From: Phycisphaeraceae bacterium | Lineage (GTDB): Bacteria > Planctomycetota > Phycisphaerae > Phycisphaerales > Phycisphaeraceae | Reading direction: 5' to 3' | Assembly (NCBI GenBank): GCA_020851465.1 | Contig: JADZCR010000007.1 | Span: forward strand, 1,561-65,560 | Length of the DNA stretch: 64,000 nucleotides | Shown here: positions 10,007 to 16,865 of the stretch, piece after piece | How positions within the stretch are numbered: the first letter of the stretch is position 1 | How the letters are laid out: every line of letters starts with the position of its first letter | Made by a program: the position numbers and the translations under genes | The notes under the pieces: model-generated | The model's database searches: none | What the model was told of the DNA's origin: nothing | The model's input: the letters and a program-made list of their open reading frames with translations, nothing else

Positions 10007-10359
10007 GCTATCTAGCGAACGGCGACCACCGGTGCCTTGATGGGTGGAGTTTTATGCTCGTGGAGTTCCTGCCGTGATCTCCATGATCGCGTTCCTTTTG
10101 TCATGCTTCTGCCGTCGCTGGCGCGAGCGTGTGATGTGATGCACAACCCGGGCTGCCACTCGACCTGGTTACGCTGCCGCGAAATCGAGATATTCAGCTT
10201 CACCTCTGTTCACCCCCTGCACAGTAAGCGGCAACGATGAACAAACGCACGGTTTGAGAACTCGCTTGCCGGATACTTTTAGTTACAGATAATTCGTTCA
10301 CGAAGTCCTGCAAATCGATGCGGGGATTTTCGGTCTGAGGGCACGCTGGAGATTTACTC

Positions 10360-11772
10360 ATGCTCGAAGCAGGATTTGGCCGCACGGACATCACGCCTCG
10401 CGTGGGTGTGGAGCTTTGCGGATATGGGCCGTATCGCAACCGCCACTCGACCTCAGTCCGCGACCGACTGTGGGCCAAGGCTATAGCCCTGAAACTGAGC
10501 GGTACGACGCTCGTCCTGGTCAGTTGTGACCTTATCGGCGTCGCAACCGAGGTGACCCGGCGAGTCCGCGAGTTGGTACGGCGATCGTCCGGCCTGCCTC
10601 CCGAAGCTGTCATGGTGCATTGCACCCACACGCACAGCGGGCCTAACCCGCTGCCGCATCTGACCGGCTGGGGTGACGTGGACGCACCGTGGTATGAGAT
10701 GCTGCCCTATCGCATCGCCAAGGCCTGTGAGCAGGCGATCGGCGATCTTCAGCCCGCAACTCTCCGCCATGCGGCGACGCCTTGCGAAGGTATCGCGCTC
10801 AACCGGCAGTATGACCGGGACTCTCCGCCATTTGCTGAGGTTGCGGATGAAAATTGGCGGCCGGCTAAACCCGAACTGACCGATACCCGTTGCCACGTGC
10901 TGACGGTTAATCGTGGTGACAAGCTCGCAGGATTCCTCGCATACTTCGGCTGCCACCCGGTTGTCGGCTCGTCAGTGACGACCTGTATCCACGGCGATTT
11001 TGTCGGCGTCGCAATGACGATGCTGGAACGCGAAGCGTCCGGCTCTCCGGGGATCACCGGCATGTTTCTTCAGGGCGCGCTGGGCGATGTCAACTCCGGC
11101 TTCGTCCACAAAAACGAGGCTGAGACCATGATGGGGCTGGACATCCTCGCCTCACGGTTTGCCCGGAGCGTGAGGCGGGGCATCGTGGAAGCACAGCCCA
11201 TTGAGGTTGATGTGATTCGAGGTGTGCTGCGTGATGCGGTGTTCAAGACCCGCAGGATGACCGAACCCCAGTTACGAAAGATGCTCGCCGAGTACGAGTT
11301 GAAGTTGCACACTCCCGATGCATCCGACGAGGATGGTCAGACGCGGCTGGCGATGGTTTACGTTTCTGCTTTACGTGATCTGATTGCGAGGCGTAAGCGG
11401 GGCGACTCGATGGACCTGTCCACGCAGGTGCAGGGATTCCGCATCGGGCCGGTCTCGCTGCTGGGAGCACCGCTGGAGATTTTTCAGGCGATTAAGAATG
11501 ACGTGGTGAAACAAGCTGTTTCGCCGGTCCCGCTGGTTTTGAGCGTGACCAATGATGAGCTGGGCTACGCCACGGATCGCACGACAGCCGCGACAGGGGG
11601 TTATGCAGCCGAGCAGGTGCCGTTCATGTGCCGACAACTGCCTTTTGATAAGGTCCATGACTCACTTGCCGGGCAACTCCTCGATCTGGATGCGTCCCTG
11701 CATGAGGGAGCCGCCGTCACCCGTAAGAGCAAGCGTATGTTGAAGCGAAGCGGTAGGCGTTTAGCTAAATAA
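10360..11772 (+). CDS. neutral/alkaline ceramidase N-terminal-domain-like hydrolase
   Basis: The start GFGRTDITPRVGVELCGYG, VSCDLIGV and HCTHTHSGP match the non-lysosomal ceramidase family pattern. GGAG lies upstream of the ATG. No signal peptide. Confidence 0.55.
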   Translation: MLEAGFGRTDITPRVGVELCGYGPYRNRHSTSVRDRLWAKAIALKLSGTTLVLVSCDLIGVATEVTRRVRELVRRSSGLPPEAVMVHCTHTHSGPNPLPHLTGWGDVDAPWYEMLPYRIAKACEQAIGDLQPATLRHAATPCEGIALNRQYDRDSPPFAEVADENWRPAKPELTDTRCHVLTVNRGDKLAGFLAYFGCHPVVGSSVTTCIHGDFVGVAMTMLEREASGSPGITGMFLQGALGDVNSGFVHKNEAETMMGLDILASRFARSVRRGIVEAQPIEVDVIRGVLRDAVFKTRRMTEPQLRKMLAEYELKLHTPDASDEDGQTRLAMVYVSALRDLIARRKRGDSMDLSTQVQGFRIGPVSLLGAPLEIFQAIKNDVVKQAVSPVPLVLSVTNDELGYATDRTTAATGGYAAEQVPFMCRQLPFDKVHDSLAGQLLDLDASLHEGAAVTRKSKRMLKRSGRRLAK

Positions 11773-11804
11773 ATATCCGACCGTATTTTTTGTACGCTTA
11801 TCAT

Positions 11805-11870
11805 CTTGTAATAATTTTATAAGTCAATTTATATTAAATATTTAATTCTGAAAGTTCTGGTTAAGGTAAG
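11805..11870 (+). repeat. AT-rich intergenic element, copy B
   Basis: CTTGTAA (11805) - TTTATAAGTC (11816) - AAATATTTAAT (11836) - GGTTAAGGTAAG (11859). Same word order and similar spacing as copy C. Confidence 0.55.
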
Positions 11871-11892
11871 TCGAAAATTCGTTCTGTAATTT

Positions 11893-11921
11893 TTGGCGTA
11901 AAGGTAAAATTGTTGTATAAT
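11893..11921 (+). promoter_or_regulatory. candidate sigma70-type promoter for the RCC1 PEP-CTERM gene
   Basis: TTGGCG (11893-11898), a 17-nt spacer, then perfect TATAAT (11916-11921). About 120 nt upstream of ATG 12042. Confidence 0.4.
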
Positions 11922-12041
11922 GACGGGAGAAGCTGCCTTGATGTAATTGCTATCTGTCCTCGCAACAGTAGCGATGTATTCGTTTTCTGAGCACAGGTAG
12001 TGTTGTCGGAGAAAGCAAGAGGAAATTAAGGAGGAGGAAGC

Positions 12042-13310
12042 ATGCCCTGTTTGACGTCTCGCAAGTCCGCTCTATTCATGGGTGGATCGGCCGTTCTTCT
12101 GGCGTTATCGCTATCGACTCCCACCCACGCTGCACCGACCGATGCTGCATGGGGATGGGGGTTTAACATCTACGGGCAGCTTGGCTACGGATCAGCCGTT
12201 GACACTCATCCCACACACGTTGCTGTCAACTCTCCGATGGACGGCGCTGTCTCCGCGGTCGGGGCAGGGTTTTACCACAGTCTGGGACTCACCAGCAGCG
12301 GCGCTGTCTATGCGTGGGGTCGGGGCGACTCAGGCGAGTTAGGCAACGGTGCGAACAGTCATTCGTCCTCTCCTGTGGCTGTCAACACGCTGACCAGCAA
12401 CGTGACCGCCATCTCGGCGGGAGGGAATTTCAGTCTGGCGATCCAGAACGGCAACGCCTTCTCCTGGGGGGCGAATGGAAGCGGCCAGCTCGGTAACGGC
12501 AACAACACCAACTCCAACACCCCCGTTCAGATTCTCACTGGCAGCGTGACCGCCATCTCCGCGGGAGGCGACGCCACCGAGGGGCCAGAGTTCGCCTTGG
12601 CGGTCCAGAATGGTGCTACCTATGCGTGGGGAAAAAACGCCAATGGCCAATTGGGTAACGGCACGAACACTGATTCCAATACTCCAGTAGCTGTCAGCAG
12701 CCTGACCAGCGGTGTCACGGCTGTCTCGGCTGGGGGATATCACAGTCTGGCGATTAAAAATGGTGCCGTTTACGCCTGGGGTTATAACGGACAGGGCGAA
12801 TTCGGAAACAGTACGTTTACCAGCAGCAATACTCCCGTCGCCGCTTCGGTCCTTACCAGCGGCGTGACCGATATTTCAGCCGGGAGCTATCACAGCCTGG
12901 CGATCATGAACGGCGACGTCTATAGCTGGGGATATGACGCCTCTGGTCAACTCGGCAACGGCGCGGGCGGGTCCAGCGTCAACACTCCGACGATGGTGCT
13001 CCAAGTAGTTGGCGTGCCCTTTGTCCGCGTCGTGGCGTCTAAGGGTTCCAGCTTTGCACTCTCATCGGACGGCAGCATCTGGAGCTGGGGACTCAACAAC
13101 TACTATGGCGAGGCGGGCTTTGAAAGCGGAAGCCCTGCCCAGTACGACACTCCGCAGCACCTGCTCCCTCCGACGGGCTATGTGTACACCTCTATTGATT
13201 CCGCCCATGCACACGTCATCGCTACGCTTGCCTCTATCCCTGAGCCGGCCAGCGCAGCACTTCTGGCCGCAGGCGGGCTGTTGGTTCTGCCCCGTCGCCG
13301 TGGCCGATAA
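12042..13310 (+). CDS. RCC1-repeat (beta-propeller) protein with PEP-CTERM anchor
   Basis: Strong SD AAGGAGGAGGA. Signal peptide. Repeated Y(A/S)WG.N..GQLGNG..T..NTPV units (RCC1/BLIP-II type). C-terminal IPEPASAALLAAGGLLVLPRRRGR. Confidence 0.88.
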   Translation: MPCLTSRKSALFMGGSAVLLALSLSTPTHAAPTDAAWGWGFNIYGQLGYGSAVDTHPTHVAVNSPMDGAVSAVGAGFYHSLGLTSSGAVYAWGRGDSGELGNGANSHSSSPVAVNTLTSNVTAISAGGNFSLAIQNGNAFSWGANGSGQLGNGNNTNSNTPVQILTGSVTAISAGGDATEGPEFALAVQNGATYAWGKNANGQLGNGTNTDSNTPVAVSSLTSGVTAVSAGGYHSLAIKNGAVYAWGYNGQGEFGNSTFTSSNTPVAASVLTSGVTDISAGSYHSLAIMNGDVYSWGYDASGQLGNGAGGSSVNTPTMVLQVVGVPFVRVVASKGSSFALSSDGSIWSWGLNNYYGEAGFESGSPAQYDTPQHLLPPTGYVYTSIDSAHAHVIATLASIPEPASAALLAAGGLLVLPRRRGR

Positions 13311-13499
13311 ACAGTACGCGGGCTGCGCATCCATGCGCGGATACAGCTTTCGTCTCTATTTAACGAGACCGTAAGGCGCGGTGATTGACGGTGGAAAGCT
13401 CCGCACTCTTAAGGCCGCGACTCGTCCAGACAGAGTTTCTCAGATCTCTTTCTGCGTCCGCCTGCGATCGTATTCGATCGAAGTCGTTGTCCGGGTGGT

Positions 13500-14402
13500 T
13501 CAGATCGCCAGCATTCGCTGGTACTCCGCCAATCGCGTGTCCAGGTCTTTGCGGGTGATCTGCATGAGACGGCTGAGGCTGAAAGATTCGATGTTGTAAC
13601 TGGCGACGATGGTTCCATACGCCATCGCTTTTCTGAGGCTGGGCAGGGAGAGATCATCGGTGGAGGCGAGGTAGCCCATCATGCCGCCGGCGAACGAATC
13701 GCCCGCGCCAGTGGGATCAACGACGTGATCCGCCGGATAGGCCGGCAGCACGACTTTGAGATTGCCGTGCGTGATCAGCGCGCCGTGTTCGCCTTTTTTC
13801 ACCACCACGAACTTCGGCCCCATCTTCGTGATCTTCTCCGCCGCACGAATCACGTTGCTGTCACCGGCGAGTTGTTCCGCCTCATCATTGTTCAGCACCA
13901 GCCCGTCCACACGCTTGAGCAGCTTCAGCAGCGTCGGCCGTTCCGTTTCGATCCACAGATCCATCGTGTCGGCGATGGTGAGCCGGGCGTGGGGGAATTG
14001 TTCGAGCAGCGATAGCTGGCCCGCTGGATGGGTGTTGGCGAGGAAAACGTAGCGGCTGTCGCGGTACGCCTCAGGCACGGGGGGCAGTGCCTCCGCCAGC
14101 ACGTTGAGCTGGACCTCCAGCGTGTCACGGTGGTTCATGTTCTCGTGATATTTGCCGCGCCAGCGAAAGGTCTTCGACCCTTTTCGTGTTTCCAGCCCCG
14201 CCAGATCGACCTTGAAATGCCGGAATGTGTTGAGGAACTCCGGCGGGAAATCCTCGCCCACAGCGCCGACGAGCCGCACTGGACCGAAAAACGATGCCGC
14301 TGCCGCGAAATAAATCGACGACCCGCCCAGCACGTTGTCAGCATTGCCTGTGGGTGATTCGATGGAGTCGATGCCGATAGAGCCGGTGACGATCAGTGAC
14401 AT
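13500..14402 (-). CDS. PfkB-family carbohydrate/nucleoside kinase
   Basis: 300 aa. The DPTGAGDSFAGG anion-hole/catalytic motif near the C-terminus and GG dipeptide region near the N-terminus are typical of the ribokinase superfamily. Confidence 0.85.
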   Translation of the reverse strand: MSLIVTGSIGIDSIESPTGNADNVLGGSSIYFAAAASFFGPVRLVGAVGEDFPPEFLNTFRHFKVDLAGLETRKGSKTFRWRGKYHENMNHRDTLEVQLNVLAEALPPVPEAYRDSRYVFLANTHPAGQLSLLEQFPHARLTIADTMDLWIETERPTLLKLLKRVDGLVLNNDEAEQLAGDSNVIRAAEKITKMGPKFVVVKKGEHGALITHGNLKVVLPAYPADHVVDPTGAGDSFAGGMMGYLASTDDLSLPSLRKAMAYGTIVASYNIESFSLSRLMQITRKDLDTRLAEYQRMLAI

Positions 14403-14420
14403 GGTTTGATTAGGGTAGGG

Positions 14421-14460
14421 GGTTGAGGTTGAGGATTCAGGGTTGAGGTTGCGGATTGTA
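14421..14460. repeat. 20-nt tandem direct repeat (2 copies) in the gltX-pfkB spacer
   Basis: GGTTGAGGTTGAGGATTCAG (14421-14440) and GGTTGAGGTTGCGGATTGTA (14441-14460) share 16/20 positions. On the coding (minus) strand this gives a C/A-rich leader with no SD before ATG 14402. Confidence 0.8.
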
Positions 14461-14464
14461 AGGA

Positions 14465-16042
14465 TCAGCGAGGTAACGCGGCAGCGCAGAAGGTCAGGCA
14501 GCGATCGATTCTTCGGATAGTCGCTGATTTACCGAGGATCGCCAGCGTGTCGTGAATGGCCGGGCTGACCGTCGTGCCGGTGATGGCAACGCGCAGCGGC
14601 TGTGCGACATCGCCCATGCCGCGATTTGTCCGGGTGGAAAACGTCTCGATAAAGGTGTGCAGCGCAGCGGGGGACCAGTCGGACAGGCTGTTCATCTCGT
14701 CGCGAAGCTCGGTCAGGACTTTCAGACCCGCGCTGTCATTTTTTCGGAGTACTTTTTCGACGGCTTTGGCGTCAAGCTCGATCGCTTCATCGTCTGTGAT
14801 AAAAAATCGGCCCATCATTGCCGGATCAGCCAGCGTCTTGCTGCGCGGGCGGTAAGCCTCGGCGATCATCCGCAGCGCATCATCACTGAGTTTGCCGGGA
14901 AACTCCGGCTGGAAGGCTCTCAGATGTCCCAGCCATCGAGTGAAAAACTCATCCGGTGAGAGTTTGGAGATCGTCTCCTGATTGAACGCGAGCAGCTTGA
15001 GACGGTCGAACTTCGCATTCGACTTACCCACGCGATCCAGCGTGAAATGGCTGACGAGGTAATCGAGGTTGAACCGTTCGTGATCCTTATCCGGTGGTGA
15101 CCAGCCGAGCAGCGCGAGATAGTTGAGGATCACTTCGGGCAGATAGCCGCTGCGTCGGAAGTCGATCACGCTCACTTCGGGGAGCTGGAGTCGCAGTGTC
15201 CGGCCGAGGCTCTCGGCGATATCCATGTCGTCGTTTTCTTTGGCCATGAATGCCGCCATTCGGGGGCCGTCCACGCCGCTCTGTTGTGCAAGTGTGGCGA
15301 CGGTTTGAGTCGGGGCTTTCTTAAGCCAATCCTCTGCGGCTTTGCGTGCGGCTTTGGCTTTGTCGCGCTTGCCCATCTTTGAGTTGTCGGGGTTCAGGAT
15401 CGCCGGCATGTGTGCGTAGCACGGCGTGGGATAGCCCAGTGCCTCCTGAAGCGCGACATGCTTAGGCGTGTTCATGAGGTGCTCCTGACCACGGAGCACG
15501 TGCGTCGTTCCCATCGTCGCGTCATCGACCACGACAGCCAGGTGAAACGTGGGAAATCCGTCACTTTTGAGGATGATGAAATCTTCGAGCTGATCTTTGG
15601 CGATGGTGATATTACCCAGCACTTCGTCGTGAACAGTGATATCCCGGCCGGGCATACGGAAGCGGACAGCACCGTTCTCCTCGAAAGCACGACCGGCGGT
15701 GATGAGCTTCCGAGCGCAGTCGCGGTACTGTTCAAGCCGCTGACTCTGGAAATAGGGTGCGTGTGGACCTCGCTGACATTGATAAGGATCGGCGGCGTCG
15801 GGATCAGGCCCTTCGTCCCAGTCGATCCCCAGCCACTTGAGATCGTCGATCATGGCGACGGTGCTGGCGGCACTCGAACGGCTCTGGTCCGTATCCTCGA
15901 AACGCAGAATAAACGTGTTGGCGCCAGTGTGGCGGCGGGCAAACGCCCAGGCAAACAACGCCGTCCGCGCCCCGCCGATGTGCAGATAGCCCGTCGGCGA
16001 TGGAGCGAAACGAGTGACGATCTTGGTATTCACATCCGGCAT
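14465..16042 (-). CDS. gltX: glutamate--tRNA ligase
   Basis: RFAPSPTGYLHIGGARTALF (HIGH) and KMGKRD (KMSKS variant). 525 aa. Confidence 0.93.
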   Translation of the reverse strand: MPDVNTKIVTRFAPSPTGYLHIGGARTALFAWAFARRHTGANTFILRFEDTDQSRSSAASTVAMIDDLKWLGIDWDEGPDPDAADPYQCQRGPHAPYFQSQRLEQYRDCARKLITAGRAFEENGAVRFRMPGRDITVHDEVLGNITIAKDQLEDFIILKSDGFPTFHLAVVVDDATMGTTHVLRGQEHLMNTPKHVALQEALGYPTPCYAHMPAILNPDNSKMGKRDKAKAARKAAEDWLKKAPTQTVATLAQQSGVDGPRMAAFMAKENDDMDIAESLGRTLRLQLPEVSVIDFRRSGYLPEVILNYLALLGWSPPDKDHERFNLDYLVSHFTLDRVGKSNAKFDRLKLLAFNQETISKLSPDEFFTRWLGHLRAFQPEFPGKLSDDALRMIAEAYRPRSKTLADPAMMGRFFITDDEAIELDAKAVEKVLRKNDSAGLKVLTELRDEMNSLSDWSPAALHTFIETFSTRTNRGMGDVAQPLRVAITGTTVSPAIHDTLAILGKSATIRRIDRCLTFCAAALPR

Positions 16043-16067
16043 GATCGCGCGATTGTAACGTCAGCGA

Positions 16068-16715
16068 TCAGGTTGTCGGTGCGGATTGTTTGGCGTGCTC
16101 GAGTGCATCCTCACGGGTGAAGCCCAGCCACTCAAGCATGTGCTCCTCATATGCACGCGAATGATCTTCACGCGACAGGTCGAGACGCAGCTCGTTGATG
16201 ACCTTGGTGCCCATGCCAATCCACTCGCGCCAGGTGTCCTGCGTGTAGTAGTCGTAGATGAATCTGCCGATCGGTCCGCGCATCGGAGGGTCGGCGAGTC
16301 GATTGCCCGGCTTGCCGCTCTTGCGATCGACGATCACGTTTTCACCTAGCTCCACCTGTGCGGTTTGCGTCCGCTTAACCTCCGGTACGGGCTGGCCCAG
16401 CTTCTGAAGGAGCGAACCCATCGCCCGCTGCGGCATTACGTCACCCTGGCTGGCAGCCACCACGTAGCCCTTGGTGAGCAATTCCGCGGCGTCGTCATTG
16501 CGGTTGAGTTGAATGAGCACCTGTCCCAGAAGCTGATAAGCGCGCGAGCTGCGCGCATTAAGCTCGATGGCTCGGTTGAGTGCCTTGGCTGCTTCCTCGG
16601 AGCGGCCGGCATCGCGGTACGCATTGCCGAGGCTGAACCAACCCATGTCGTTGTCGGGATCGGATTGAGTCATCTTCTCCCACTGTTCGATACGTGTGTT
16701 TGCATCCATGCTCAT
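16068..16715 (-). CDS. TPR-repeat protein fused to a YggX-like Fe(2+)-trafficking / oxidative damage protection domain
   Basis: The N-terminal ~100 aa are TPR-like (WFSLGNAYRDAGRSEEAAKALNRAIELN...). The C-terminal IGRFIYDYYTQDTWREWIGMGTKVINELRLDLSREDHSRAYEEHMLEWLGF aligns with E. coli YggX [50 protein letters not shown] (recalled from memory). Confidence 0.7.
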   Translation of the reverse strand: MSMDANTRIEQWEKMTQSDPDNDMGWFSLGNAYRDAGRSEEAAKALNRAIELNARSSRAYQLLGQVLIQLNRNDDAAELLTKGYVVAASQGDVMPQRAMGSLLQKLGQPVPEVKRTQTAQVELGENVIVDRKSGKPGNRLADPPMRGPIGRFIYDYYTQDTWREWIGMGTKVINELRLDLSREDHSRAYEEHMLEWLGFTREDALEHAKQSAPTT

Positions 16716-16865
16716 AGCATAGGCGGTATGAACGACAGGATGTAGTGCGCAAAAGAAACCGGGCGTGACCCGCGTGTTATTCCGTTCACCGTAGATCCGA
16801 AAAACACCCGACCGGCGCGAGACTTGGTCAGATGTCCTGCGTCAGGCGTTTGTTAACATGCCCTC

